Below are positions 31,156 through 41,112 of a stretch of DNA of 64,000 nucleotides, in pieces. Position numbers and translations under genes: made by a program. This DNA comes from Candidatus Aegiribacteria sp. (GTDB lineage: Bacteria; Fermentibacterota; Fermentibacteria; Fermentibacterales; JCC-6), in NCBI GenBank assembly GCA_021108005.1, contig JAIORS010000191.1, positions 6,345 through 70,344 of the forward strand. Direction: 5' to 3'. The notes beneath the pieces are model-generated. The model was not told where the DNA came from, made no database searches, and saw nothing but the letters and a program-made list of their open reading frames with translations. Every line of letters starts with the position of its first letter. The first letter of the stretch is position 1.

Positions 31156-31225
31156 TCAAATGTATCACAGGTTCCATTCGAGTATATTAGCGCTTCCATG
31201 TTGACAAGCATCTGAAAGGATTTCC

Positions 31226-32569
31226 ATGAAGAGAATAAGTGATAAAGGACTAACAGAGCTGATATCTGCTGAAGAGCTTACAGGAATGACAGGGGAGACC
31301 GTAACTCTTCACGGAGTGGTTCAGAGAATCCGCCGCCTGGGCTGGGGCGCCTTCATCATTCTCCGGCGTCATGATGGCCTACTTCAATGCGTAATGGGGA
31401 ACGAGGGAAACGAAAATATTCTTGAGAAGCTGGATGTGGAACAGTCTGTTGAAGTCAGTGGTACCTTGAAAAGGGCTGGAATAAAAGATACTTCCATACA
31501 CCCCTCTACCGTAGAACTTCAGACGGATTCCATTAAAATAATCTCCCTGCCCGCGGAACAGCCTCCGATCGATATGACAAAGAAAATACTCGATCTTCAT
31601 ATAGATACAAACCTGGATCTGAGACCCCTCAGCCTCCGGCATCCCATGGAGCGGGCAAAGCTGAAGGTTGCTGAAACAATTGCGGCAGCATTCCGGAACA
31701 GCCTGACAGATATGGGGTTCACCGAGATCCGAACCCCCAAAATCTGTTCGGTTGGCGCTGAGGGTGGCGCGAACATCTTCAAGGTGAAGTATTTCGACAG
31801 GGAAGCCTTCCTCGCTCAATCACCTCAGTTCTACAAGCAGATGGGGGTTGGGATCTACGAAAGAGTATTCGAGGTAGGCCCCGTATTCAGGGCTGAACCG
31901 CATCAGACTTCCAGACATATCAACGAGTACACCTCACTGGATTTCGAAATGGGGTTCATAACCGGTTTTGAAGAAGTCATGGCTGTTGAAATAGCTGTGC
32001 TGAGAGACTGCCTGGAAGCGGTGAAGAAGAATTGCGCCTACGAAATTGAGATGCTTGGAGCCGATCTCCCTCTGATTCCCGAAACCGTTCCTTCCATAAC
32101 CCTTGAGCAGGCACACCGGATTACATTGGAGGTCAGTGGAAAGGACTCCACCGGGGAACCTGATCTTGACCCGGAGGAAGAGAAGATATTGTGTACTTAT
32201 TCCATGGAGAAGTGGGATTCGGAATTCCTGTTCGTTACCCATTTCCCCACCGAGAAGCGACCCTTCTATACAATGGATGATCCTGATAATCCGGGAATGA
32301 CCCTAAGTTTTGATTTACTCTTCAGGGGTCTTGAAGTAACAACCGGTGGACAGCGGATACATGAGTACGATTCACAGGTTGAGAAATTGAAGGCCTTCGG
32401 GCTCGATCCCGATGATTTCAAGAGTTATCTCCAGGCTCACAAGTACGGCCTTCCTCCCCATGGCGGTCTTGCAATAGGTCTCGAAAGGATAACCGCGAGG
32501 ATATTGGGAATAGATAATATCAGGTTAACCACCATGTTCCCCCGCGATGTGAAAAGACTGACCCCGTAA
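31226..32569 (+). CDS. Class IIb aminoacyl-tRNA synthetase: archaeal/type-2 aspartyl-tRNA synthetase or asparaginyl-tRNA synthetase
   Basis: N-terminal OB anticodon-binding fold. Motif 2 (FRAEPHQTSRHINEYT) and motif 3 (GGLAIGLERITARILG). Asp versus Asn specificity cannot be resolved by eye. Confidence 0.85.
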   Translation: MKRISDKGLTELISAEELTGMTGETVTLHGVVQRIRRLGWGAFIILRRHDGLLQCVMGNEGNENILEKLDVEQSVEVSGTLKRAGIKDTSIHPSTVELQTDSIKIISLPAEQPPIDMTKKILDLHIDTNLDLRPLSLRHPMERAKLKVAETIAAAFRNSLTDMGFTEIRTPKICSVGAEGGANIFKVKYFDREAFLAQSPQFYKQMGVGIYERVFEVGPVFRAEPHQTSRHINEYTSLDFEMGFITGFEEVMAVEIAVLRDCLEAVKKNCAYEIEMLGADLPLIPETVPSITLEQAHRITLEVSGKDSTGEPDLDPEEEKILCTYSMEKWDSEFLFVTHFPTEKRPFYTMDDPDNPGMTLSFDLLFRGLEVTTGGQRIHEYDSQVEKLKAFGLDPDDFKSYLQAHKYGLPPHGGLAIGLERITARILGIDNIRLTTMFPRDVKRLTP

Positions 32570-32585
32570 AGGGAATTACGAGTAT

Positions 32586-32772
32586 GGGGTCAAATCTTTA
32601 CTCTTGACATTATCTTTCTATGTGCCTAGTGAAAATGTATAGAACTTCACATTCAAACACTTTTTTACTTTTGTACAATTTGATGAATGGAAGTAATGTC
32701 AAGAGTAAAGATTTGACCCCTTTTCCTCAATGTGATGAATGGAAGTAATGTCAAGAGTAAAGATTCGACCCC
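32586..32772. repeat. MITE-like repeat cluster: 27-bp perfect terminal inverted repeats 81 bp apart, plus an extra direct copy of the right end
   Basis: GGGGTCAAATCTTTACTCTTGACATTA at 32586-32612; reverse complement at 32694-32720. A 45-nt direct repeat at 32681-32725 and 32733-32777 has one mismatch. Confidence 0.5.
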
Positions 32773-32876
32773 TTTTCTTTTTTTTTCATCTTGACGAGGA
32801 TTCATTGGTTTCGCTAGTTTCCAGTTGAGAAATGCAGTTTATTCTACAGGAATTTTAACAAAGGTGGAGTTAATCA

Positions 32877-33233
32877 ATGTCTTTCGAAGCACGTGACAGA
32901 GCCGTCTTCGATCCTGATGACTTCATTGAGCGCATGATGGGGGACCTGGCATTAGCGCAATCAATTGCGGAAACCTTTCTTATTGATATCCATCGTCAAA
33001 TCGACGTACTGAAGGAAAAACTCGATAAGGATGATTCACGAGCAGTTGAACTTCAGTCTCACTGCATAAATGGCGCTGCCGCCATCATGGCTGCCGAAAA
33101 ATTCCGGGAAGTCGCATCCGCAATTGAAAAGGCCGGAAGAATCGACAATCTTAGAATCGCAGTAGCTTTAATACCAGAACTTGAAAGAGAACTCGCAGTA
33201 CTCGAGAAGGAAATGAGGCAAACTTTATTATGA
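32877..33233 (+). CDS. Hpt (histidine phosphotransfer) domain protein
   Basis: Four-helix protein with H-x-I-N-GAAA motif (LQSHCINGAAAIMAAEKF). RBS AAGGTGGAG. Confidence 0.6.
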   Translation: MSFEARDRAVFDPDDFIERMMGDLALAQSIAETFLIDIHRQIDVLKEKLDKDDSRAVELQSHCINGAAAIMAAEKFREVASAIEKAGRIDNLRIAVALIPELERELAVLEKEMRQTLL

Positions 33234-33868
33234 GAATTCTGGTCGTAGAGGATGATCTCTCTACCCGTAAGACCCTATTTGGCTTACTTCAGAAGTGCGG
33301 TCATGATACGAATGCTGTAGCAAGCGGAGAAGAAGCATGGGAGTTGATCAGGCAACCAGACGCACCCAGGCTGATACTGCTGGACTGGCTGATGCCAGGA
33401 TTGGATGGCATCCATTTATGTAAAAAGGTTCGTTCGATAGACAAAGAAGATCCGTATTACATCATAATGCTCACTGTCAAAGACAACAAGAAAGACATCG
33501 TTGAAGGTTTGAATACCGGGGCAGACGATTACATAACGAAGCCCTTCTATCCCGAAGAACTCCGTGCCCGCATCAATGCAGGCCAACGGATTATTGAAAT
33601 GCAGAACAGATTACGGAATCGCGCGATAGACCTCCAGGACTCGCTCGATCACATTAAAATCCTGCAGGGCATCCTGCCAATCTGTTCATTCTGCAAAAAA
33701 GTGCGTGATGACAAGAATTACTGGCAACAGGTAGACGATTACATTGAAACACATACGGAAGCTCAGATCACACATTCGATATGTCCTGAATGTATGGAGA
33801 TACACTATCCGGAGATCGCTGAAAGGATAAGAAGAAGGAAAGCTGAAGAGAAAACGGATTCAGACTAA
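33230..33868 (+). CDS. Response regulator: CheY-like receiver plus conserved C-terminal Cys4 tail of unknown function
   Basis: MRILVVEDD...LLDWLMPGLDG...TVKDNK receiver domain. C-terminal LPICSFCKKVRDDKNYWQQVDDYIETHTEAQITHSICPEC. Confidence 0.8.
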   Translation: MRILVVEDDLSTRKTLFGLLQKCGHDTNAVASGEEAWELIRQPDAPRLILLDWLMPGLDGIHLCKKVRSIDKEDPYYIIMLTVKDNKKDIVEGLNTGADDYITKPFYPEELRARINAGQRIIEMQNRLRNRAIDLQDSLDHIKILQGILPICSFCKKVRDDKNYWQQVDDYIETHTEAQITHSICPECMEIHYPEIAERIRRRKAEEKTDSD

Positions 33869-33922
33869 TCATCTTAATACTACTGTCTCAGCAGGCAAAG
33901 GAATTATGAAAACAGGAGATCG

Positions 33923-34792
33923 ATGAATATCGTTAGGAGAAAGATGAACACCGATTTTGTTTCAAAGAAGCTGTTAACTGTGATATTAGTATTACTTACT
34001 TCTTCAGCAATACAGGCGGATTACTGGTATGGAGATTTCACTGATGACAGAACTGTTGTCTTCTCAGATGAAGCTGTTCTCTACACTGTTCCGAACGCGG
34101 ATTCCTCAATATTCATTCAATTGCCAATGGGATCACCGGTCACAATACCCGAAGGCGGTAACGGGGAATACAACTCCAATGGGCTGACTTCATACTGGTA
34201 CAAGACGGTCTATCAGTCAGATGATTCTGAATACACGGGTTTCATTCCCGGCTGCGAACTCGCCATGTCGGACATGGTTCTTGCTGGTGACACGCTTTTT
34301 CTGTTCACTGTCACAGGGTACAATAAAGAATTGTATCAATTCATTGGAGAAGCCAGGGTGGTCAGCTCAGGGGAAATCCTGGCTGATATAGAGGTTGACC
34401 CCATGGGCAGCTCTTTCGACCAGGGCTTTTATCAGTACAATACGGAGTGTCTGCAGTACGATCCAGCCGGACTGACAGGAGTAAAGAATCTTATAGAACT
34501 CTCGTTTCTTTATCCGGCCTGCGGATACACTAATTGCGATATTCTGTTTGCGTGGACAGGCAGTGAACTGATCGCCGGACCTGTGGGTTATTCTATGGCT
34601 GAAGCCGGATGTTTTCATGTCAACTCACACTACATACTTCCCTCCGACTCCACAGGAACAGTAAATGAAGTCGTTGTTGAAACGATCCTGGAGGAATTCG
34701 ATGATGATACGATGGATTATTTTGAAACCGAGAGAACCGCGATTACTTTCAAATGGGACGGAACGGAATTCATAGAGCTGCCGGTAGAATAG
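33923..34792 (+). CDS. Hypothetical secreted protein
   Basis: Signal peptide (LLTVILVLLTSSAIQA); no recognisable domain. Confidence 0.4.
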   Translation: MNIVRRKMNTDFVSKKLLTVILVLLTSSAIQADYWYGDFTDDRTVVFSDEAVLYTVPNADSSIFIQLPMGSPVTIPEGGNGEYNSNGLTSYWYKTVYQSDDSEYTGFIPGCELAMSDMVLAGDTLFLFTVTGYNKELYQFIGEARVVSSGEILADIEVDPMGSSFDQGFYQYNTECLQYDPAGLTGVKNLIELSFLYPACGYTNCDILFAWTGSELIAGPVGYSMAEAGCFHVNSHYILPSDSTGTVNEVVVETILEEFDDDTMDYFETERTAITFKWDGTEFIELPVE

Positions 34793-34817
34793 CTCCCGAT
34801 ACTGTTATTTGTAATTG

Positions 34818-35660
34818 TCAGGTTTCTATAATCGGAGGGGCTGGAGGAAGAGAAGAGTCCGGACCAATAAATTCAGTATCCGAGATATCTTCATCTGGAG
34901 CTTTAGAAAGCATAATGTCCCTGTCTTTGAGTCCGACGAATTTGCCGAAAGCGGATTTTTCAAGCAGAAGAAGCTTAGCTGCTTTCTCTACAACCTCGAC
35001 TGCATCGCACGCGGAATCGATATCTTTTCCCAACCCCAGTATTCCATGCTTTCTCCAGATGACGCAGTCGCTCTCGCGGAATGCTTTTGCGGTTTCTTTT
35101 CCCAATATCCAGGTCCCAGGAGTCATGTAATCAAGAAAGCGGACTCCCCGGCTCATCAGAAGCGCGACCTCCGGATGGGATCTGTTCACAGCATCTTCGA
35201 GCATTTCGGCAGGCAGATCGCTGGAGGACAGCGCAAGCATGTGTGTTGAGTGCGTATGAACCAGAGAAGCGGTTTCCCATCCACGGTTGGTGGCTTCCGC
35301 CAGAACCAGAAGGTGTGAGCTGAACTCGGTTGTGGGTTCTTTATCTGACGCGAGCCTTATTACTTTCATTCCGTCTGCTGAAACTCTTACAGGGACGATT
35401 TCCGTGTCCAGCTCGTGCGGTAACTTTCTGAACCTGCTTCCAGCGCATGTAATAAGAAAAGTCCGACCCGCAAGTTCTGGTATAGGGAAAGGGAGGATGT
35501 CTGAAACGACATCCCCCTCCCATATTGAACTGTCGGACCCCTCCGGCAAAAGAACGGAGATGTTGCCTGCGTTGGCTTCGGCCCAGCCCGTTCTGGCAAG
35601 CTCAACAGCTATCCGGCCAATATCCTCCTTTGTTGCCCTGATAAGGTCCATGGCTGTCAC
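34818..35660 (-). CDS. Class II aldolase/adducin-family protein
   Basis: ANAGNISVLLP and HTHSTHMLAL metal-binding histidines. Longer (280 aa) than FucA/AraD. Confidence 0.65.
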   Translation of the reverse strand: MTAMDLIRATKEDIGRIAVELARTGWAEANAGNISVLLPEGSDSSIWEGDVVSDILPFPIPELAGRTFLITCAGSRFRKLPHELDTEIVPVRVSADGMKVIRLASDKEPTTEFSSHLLVLAEATNRGWETASLVHTHSTHMLALSSSDLPAEMLEDAVNRSHPEVALLMSRGVRFLDYMTPGTWILGKETAKAFRESDCVIWRKHGILGLGKDIDSACDAVEVVEKAAKLLLLEKSAFGKFVGLKDRDIMLSKAPDEDISDTEFIGPDSSLPPAPPIIET

Positions 35661-35667
35661 GATTCCC

Positions 35668-36987
35668 TCAGAGAATGTTCTCGGCAGAATTCGAGATGAT
35701 GTCCAGACCCTTTAGGATATCTTCGTCGGTGATGTTCAGTGGTGGTCTGAATCTGATGCTGTTCGCGCCGCAGGGAAGAATGATGGCGCCGTTCTTGAAT
35801 ATTTCAGCGATCATCCTGTCTCTGGTTTCACTGTTGGGAAGGTCAAATGCGCACATGAGCCCTCTGCCCCGTACGTTGGATATCTGTTCGGGGTATTTCT
35901 CCTGCAGATTCCTGAGACCTTTCATGAGGGTTTTTCCCTGAGATCGGACATTTTCCAGGATGTTCTCGTCTAACATTACATCAAGGTATTTATTGCATCT
36001 CACCATATCCACAAGATTGCCGCCCCAGGTTGAATTGATCCTGCTGGATTCATGGAATACGTTGTCTTTAACACTGTCAACTCGCCTGTTCGAAGCGATA
36101 CCGCAAACCTGTGATTTTTTACCGAAGCAGAAAATATCAGGCTCCACTCCTATGGATTGCCATGCCCACCATTCGCCTGTAAGACCCATACCGCTCTGAA
36201 CTTCATCGAAAATAAGCAGGAATTCATGCTTATCAGCCAATTCGCGTATTTCCTGAAGGTATTCAGGCCTGAAGTGATTATCGCCGCCCTCTCCCTGGAT
36301 AGGCTCGATAACCATGCATGCGATATCATGGCCATGCTTGCTGATAGCTTCGTTTATCTGGGCCAGGGATTTCTTTTCAGCTTCGATTACCGCGTCAAGA
36401 TTATCCTCAAGAGGGAAGACAATTGGAGGGACATCAACACGTGGCCAGTCGAACAGAGGGAAGTACATGTATTTCCTGGGGTCTGCCGTGTTTGTTAGCG
36501 AAAGCGTATATCCTGTTCTTCCGTGGAATGCCTTCTTGAAGTGGATAACCATTTTGCCGATCTCGCCTCTTCCGGCCTTCAGGTTCTGCCTGACTTTCCA
36601 GTCGAAGGCTGTCTTCATGGCGTTTTCCACCGCGAGGGCACCGCCCGATACGAAGAAAAGGTAGGGATGACTGTCGGGAACAACAGTATCCGCGAAAGTC
36701 TCCACAAAAGCTGCGAGTTCTTCCGTATAGAAATCCGAGTTGGAAGGCTTGTTTATGGCAACATCCGCCAGATGGCTTCTGAATTCATCCGTACAGAGGG
36801 CGGGATGGTTCATTCCAAGAGGAGCCGACGCGAAGAAGCTGAAAAGATCGAGATACTCCTTTCCATCGATTGCATCATGTATCGTGCTTCCTTTGCTTTT
36901 CTTGAGATCAAGAACCATGTTAAATCCGTCGGCAAGCATATGGCTTGCAATTGTGGATCTGACTTCAGATGCGGGTATATGTTTCAT
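35668..36987 (-). CDS. lat: Class III aminotransferase, L-lysine 6-aminotransferase-like
   Basis: Close resemblance along the length to actinobacterial LAT (SAPLGMNHPAL, KPSNSDFYTEELAAFVETFA, FFVSGGALAVENAMKTAFDWK, EVQSGMGLTG). ATG at 36987 chosen over the track's 37050. Confidence 0.75.
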   Translation of the reverse strand: MKHIPASEVRSTIASHMLADGFNMVLDLKKSKGSTIHDAIDGKEYLDLFSFFASAPLGMNHPALCTDEFRSHLADVAINKPSNSDFYTEELAAFVETFADTVVPDSHPYLFFVSGGALAVENAMKTAFDWKVRQNLKAGRGEIGKMVIHFKKAFHGRTGYTLSLTNTADPRKYMYFPLFDWPRVDVPPIVFPLEDNLDAVIEAEKKSLAQINEAISKHGHDIACMVIEPIQGEGGDNHFRPEYLQEIRELADKHEFLLIFDEVQSGMGLTGEWWAWQSIGVEPDIFCFGKKSQVCGIASNRRVDSVKDNVFHESSRINSTWGGNLVDMVRCNKYLDVMLDENILENVRSQGKTLMKGLRNLQEKYPEQISNVRGRGLMCAFDLPNSETRDRMIAEIFKNGAIILPCGANSIRFRPPLNITDEDILKGLDIISNSAENIL

Positions 36988-37228
36988 GTACACCACCCCT
37001 TTCGTTTCAAAAGTTTGAGAATTTACGCTGAGCAATATTACAAAGCGCATGATTCAGTTTGCAGGATTACACAGATGAAATTCATAATGAAATGTGTCCC
37101 TGAATCTCATTTCTCCGGGGGATTTTGTCAACACTTCTTGCAGCAGACAATGAGGCATAACTATATTTATACTGTATATTCAAAGTATGTGCTATTTAAC
37201 TGCAGATCATTCTTAACAGGGGGCATAA

Positions 37229-38155
37229 ATGGAACCTATCAGAACTCTCGAGGAAATGAAAAAGATCGCCAGAGAACTACCCTTAAAGCGGGTAGCCGTA
37301 GTACGTGCCGATGAAGTTGAAACAATGAGCGCAATTGGCTCTGCGGTTAAGGATGACATGGCGGATGCTGTACTTATCGGCCCCGAAAAGGGAATCAGGG
37401 AAGCCGCTGAAGAGGCTGGTTTCGACCTCAACGGTGTTGAGATTATCCATGCGGAAGATGACAATACGGCATCCATCAAGGGTGTTGAAATCGTCCGTTC
37501 GGGTAGAGCAGATGTCATAATGAAGGGTCTTGTTGCCACAAGTTCTTTCCTGCATGCAATTCTGGACAGAGAAAAGGGAATCAGGGGACCTGGAGTCCTG
37601 AGCCATGTTGCCGCTTTTGATGTTCCCGGATACCACAAGCTTCTGCTTATTACAGACGCTGCTATGAACATCGCTCCGAATTTTGATCAGAAGGTCGGAA
37701 TGCTCAAAAACGCGGTGATAGTAGCAAAGGCTCTTGGAGTTGAACATCCCAAATCAACGTACGTATGCGCCAAAGAAGTCCCCTACGAGAAAATGCCCTG
37801 CACCATGGAAGCCGCAAGGATGAAGGAACTGGCGGACACAGGGGAATTCGGCGATATCGTCTTCGATGCCCCCCTTGCCATGGATCTCGCCGTGTCGGTC
37901 GATGCCTGCAGAATTAAAAAGATCGACAGTCCTGTAGGAGGTGACGTGGATATTATCGTACTCCCGGATATCGAGGCCGCTAACGTGCTTTACAAATCAT
38001 TGATCTTCATAGCGGGCGGAGAACTGGGAGCCGTTATAATGGGAGCCAACAACCCGGTAGTTCTTACATCAAGGGCCGATTCCGCTGAATCAAAACTGTG
38101 CTCCATTGTGCTTTCAGCTGTTGTAGCGAGCTACGGAGCTGAAGGCGGGCACTGA
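37229..38155 (+). CDS. ptb: Phosphate butyryltransferase / phosphate acyltransferase (Pta/Ptb family)
   Basis: About 300 aa. KRVAVVRADEVETMSAIGSAV...IMKGLVATSSFLHAIL...DAAMNIAPNFDQK. Confidence 0.8.
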   Translation: MEPIRTLEEMKKIARELPLKRVAVVRADEVETMSAIGSAVKDDMADAVLIGPEKGIREAAEEAGFDLNGVEIIHAEDDNTASIKGVEIVRSGRADVIMKGLVATSSFLHAILDREKGIRGPGVLSHVAAFDVPGYHKLLLITDAAMNIAPNFDQKVGMLKNAVIVAKALGVEHPKSTYVCAKEVPYEKMPCTMEAARMKELADTGEFGDIVFDAPLAMDLAVSVDACRIKKIDSPVGGDVDIIVLPDIEAANVLYKSLIFIAGGELGAVIMGANNPVVLTSRADSAESKLCSIVLSAVVASYGAEGGH

Positions 38156-38607
38156 TGAAGCTGGCTATTGCGTGCGATCACGCCGGGTTCCAGCTGAAAA
38201 GCGACCTTGTTCCGTGGCTTTCCGGTGAGATGGGGCTGACAGTAGAGGATATTGGAACTTCATCACCCGATTCGGTTGATTACCCCGACTTCGCATGTAA
38301 TTTGTGCAGGTATCTTCTAAAAGGAAATGCCGAAAAGGGGATTCTCATATGTAATACGGGATTAGGTATGAGCATGAGCGCGAACAGATTCCGGGGCATC
38401 AGAGCTTCCCTCTGCCTGTTTCCCAGGATGGCGTACTACGCCAGACATCATAACAACGCGAACGTACTGGTAATGGGAGGCGGAATCACCGCCCCGTTCC
38501 AGGCCAGGGAAATCGTTACAGTATTTCTTCAAGAGGAATTCGATGGAGGACGGCACAAAAGAAGAACAGACAAGATCGAGTCAGTATCAAAGACTGATTT
38601 CAGCTGA
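38155..38607 (+). CDS. rpiB: Ribose-5-phosphate isomerase B
   Basis: MKLAIACDHAGFQLK, GILICNTGLGMSMSANRFRGIRA, ANVLVMGG. Confidence 0.9.
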   Translation: MKLAIACDHAGFQLKSDLVPWLSGEMGLTVEDIGTSSPDSVDYPDFACNLCRYLLKGNAEKGILICNTGLGMSMSANRFRGIRASLCLFPRMAYYARHHNNANVLVMGGGITAPFQAREIVTVFLQEEFDGGRHKRRTDKIESVSKTDFS

Positions 38608-38620
38608 TTAACGGTGAAAA

Positions 38621-39685
38621 ATGATTGATATAGTCTGCGGGGCAAGACCGAACTTCATGAAGATTGATCCGATAATAAGGAACATCGATCCCACTATTGA
38701 AGTGAGGATCATTCATACCGGGCAGCACTACGACCATATGATGTCACAGAGTTTTTTCGACGAACTGGAACTGCCAAGGCCTGATATAAACCTTGAGGTG
38801 GGTTCAGCCAGCATTACGGAGCAGACCGCAACCATAATGAAGCGTTACGAGAACGTTATTATCGAGCGGATGCCCGATGCGTTAGTAGTGGTGGGAGATG
38901 TGAATTCAACCCTTGCGTGTTCACTAGTTGCTGTAAGGCACGGTATTCCTGTTGTACACGTTGAGGCGGGGCTCAGAAGTTTTGACCGCAGTATGCCTGA
39001 AGAGATAAACAGAATTCTCACCGATCAGATTGCCGGTCTGCTCCTGATAACAAGTGCCGAAGCACGGGGTAATCTGCTCGATGAGGGCAGGAGCAGCGCA
39101 ATAATCAAGCTTGTCGGGAATCCCATGATAGATACGCTGTTGAGGCTCCTACCCGCGGCGATGTCAGTCGGCGAGCCGTTTCCCGAAGAACCCTTTGCGC
39201 TGGTTACGCTTCACAGGCCATCGAATGTTGACAATCCCGAAAGGTTGTTAGCGATACTGAAAGCACTTGGTGCCCTTCAGGGGTTGAGGGTGCTTTTTCC
39301 AGTTCACCCCAGAACCCTGAGCCACATTGAGGAATGGAACATTGAAATCCCGGATAGAATTTCAATTGAGAAGCCCATGTCATACCTTGAATTCTTAAGA
39401 GCACAGGCCACGGCATCCGTTGTGATAACGGATTCCGGTGGTGTTCAGGAGGAGACGAGTGTACTCGGAGTGCCCTGTGTTACAGTAAGAACAAGTACCG
39501 AAAGACCGGTTACACTGGAACTTGGAACCAATGTTCTATGTCCGGATGTATCCGAATTAGTTGAAGCAGTGGCAGAGCAGATTGCGAACCGTCCTGAAGA
39601 GCCGCCGGAGATCCCGTTCTGGGATGGGAAAGCCGGTTCCAGGATAGCTGCCTCCATAGAGGAGTTTACTGGAGGGAAAAGATGA
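38621..39685 (+). CDS. wecB: UDP-N-acetylglucosamine 2-epimerase (non-hydrolysing)
   Basis: GARPNFMKIDPI, HTGQHYD, HVEAGLRSFDRSMPEEINR, DSGGVQEE. Confidence 0.9.
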   Translation: MIDIVCGARPNFMKIDPIIRNIDPTIEVRIIHTGQHYDHMMSQSFFDELELPRPDINLEVGSASITEQTATIMKRYENVIIERMPDALVVVGDVNSTLACSLVAVRHGIPVVHVEAGLRSFDRSMPEEINRILTDQIAGLLLITSAEARGNLLDEGRSSAIIKLVGNPMIDTLLRLLPAAMSVGEPFPEEPFALVTLHRPSNVDNPERLLAILKALGALQGLRVLFPVHPRTLSHIEEWNIEIPDRISIEKPMSYLEFLRAQATASVVITDSGGVQEETSVLGVPCVTVRTSTERPVTLELGTNVLCPDVSELVEAVAEQIANRPEEPPEIPFWDGKAGSRIAASIEEFTGGKR

Positions 39686-41112
39686 AACCTGGATTACTTA
39701 CATTAACTATTTTCGTACTGGGACTTCCAGTTGTCGCCGGCGGTTGCGGAGATAACACCGGAGAAACCGGTCTGTCCGTTACCGCCGCTGATGCATGTAT
39801 TCAGAAGTTCGCGGTTTCAATACAGGGCGATGATGTTGGATATATGCAGCTGGAAATTGTTGAGCATGGAACGGATTCACTCCTGATAACACAGACTATC
39901 AACTGGAACATGATACTCATGGGAAACCGTAGAGATATCGAAATGACCATGACCGCCGTTTCGGATCTTGTGTTTAACCTGGGACGCATGGAGATGAATA
40001 TGTCCGACGGATCATCGAATATAGATATAAGAGCTTTCAGACAGGATTCCCTTCTGATAACGGAAATAGGTACTGCAGGGAGGTTGATAGAAAATTCAAC
40101 CGTTATTGAGGGCGACTATCTGCCGGTTCTGGCCGATTTAGCCTGCGCTTCAATGGAGTGGACCGAAGGACAGGAGAGAACCTTTCAATCCTTCGACCCG
40201 GCCAGCGGGATGATTCTTTCATCCACAGCCGTATGTGAAGGATTTGAGGAAGTGGAACTTCTGGGTGATACGGTCAACTCAGCCAGATTGAAATTATCCC
40301 AGATGGGAACAAGGAATACCGTCTGGGTTTTCGAAGGCCAGATTATCAGGGAATTCGAAGAAGGTCTTGGCATGAACATGACACGTGTTCCCCCCGAACA
40401 GGGAGGCGATATTGTAGCAACCAGAGATCTCTACGAAGTATTCACCGTGTCCTCAACTCCGATCCGGGATCCCAGAAGTACGGAATCTCGAACATTCGTA
40501 CTGCAAGGTGAAATAGACTGGAGCCAGTTCCAGCTTGATATTCCTCCCACTCAGACAGCTTCGGGATGCACCGTAACAGTTTCAAATGGTATTCCGGACA
40601 ATATTGCCCAGTATCCGCCGGTCGTTCCCGAATATCTTGAAATATATACGATGCCCGAATCAATGATTCAGAGTGATGATTCGGTGATAGTTGAAAAAGC
40701 AGCCAGCCTGACAGAAGGCTCAACCGATTCATGGGAAGCCGCCAGAAGAATTTCATCCTTCGTTGATGTCAGTGTTGAAAACAGCCCTACCGTGTCTCTG
40801 CCTTCAGCGGTTGACGTAATCGAGAACTTAAGGGGAGACTGCAACGAACACACCGTACTTACCGTGGCTCTTGCGCGGGCTGCCGGCCTGCCCGCCAGGA
40901 TCTGCGCCGGTATTGTATATTTGAACGGCTCATTTGGATACCATGCGTGGCCGATGATCTGGGTGGGGGAATGGGTGGAGATGGATCCAACCTTCAGCCA
41001 GTACGTTGCGGATGGAACACATGTCATACTGGCCACCGGTGATCTTGAGTCACAGTACGTTGTCAATTCCGCCATTGGCAGATTGAGTATTATCGAACTG
41101 GATATGAACTGA
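39682..41112 (+). CDS. Transglutaminase-like cysteine-protease-fold lipoprotein
   Basis: Lipobox (VVAGGCG). C-terminal GDCNEHTVLTVALARAAGLPARICAGIVY...GYHAWPMIWVG...EMDPT Cys-His-Asp core. Confidence 0.7.
   Translation: MKPGLLTLTIFVLGLPVVAGGCGDNTGETGLSVTAADACIQKFAVSIQGDDVGYMQLEIVEHGTDSLLITQTINWNMILMGNRRDIEMTMTAVSDLVFNLGRMEMNMSDGSSNIDIRAFRQDSLLITEIGTAGRLIENSTVIEGDYLPVLADLACASMEWTEGQERTFQSFDPASGMILSSTAVCEGFEEVELLGDTVNSARLKLSQMGTRNTVWVFEGQIIREFEEGLGMNMTRVPPEQGGDIVATRDLYEVFTVSSTPIRDPRSTESRTFVLQGEIDWSQFQLDIPPTQTASGCTVTVSNGIPDNIAQYPPVVPEYLEIYTMPESMIQSDDSVIVEKAASLTEGSTDSWEAARRISSFVDVSVENSPTVSLPSAVDVIENLRGDCNEHTVLTVALARAAGLPARICAGIVYLNGSFGYHAWPMIWVGEWVEMDPTFSQYVADGTHVILATGDLESQYVVNSAIGRLSIIELDMN

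Noticed and set aside
32586-32780. CRISPR array
   Set aside because: Only three copies, with one inverted relative to the others. Spacing is irregular and there are no cas genes; it behaves as TIRs or a MITE instead.
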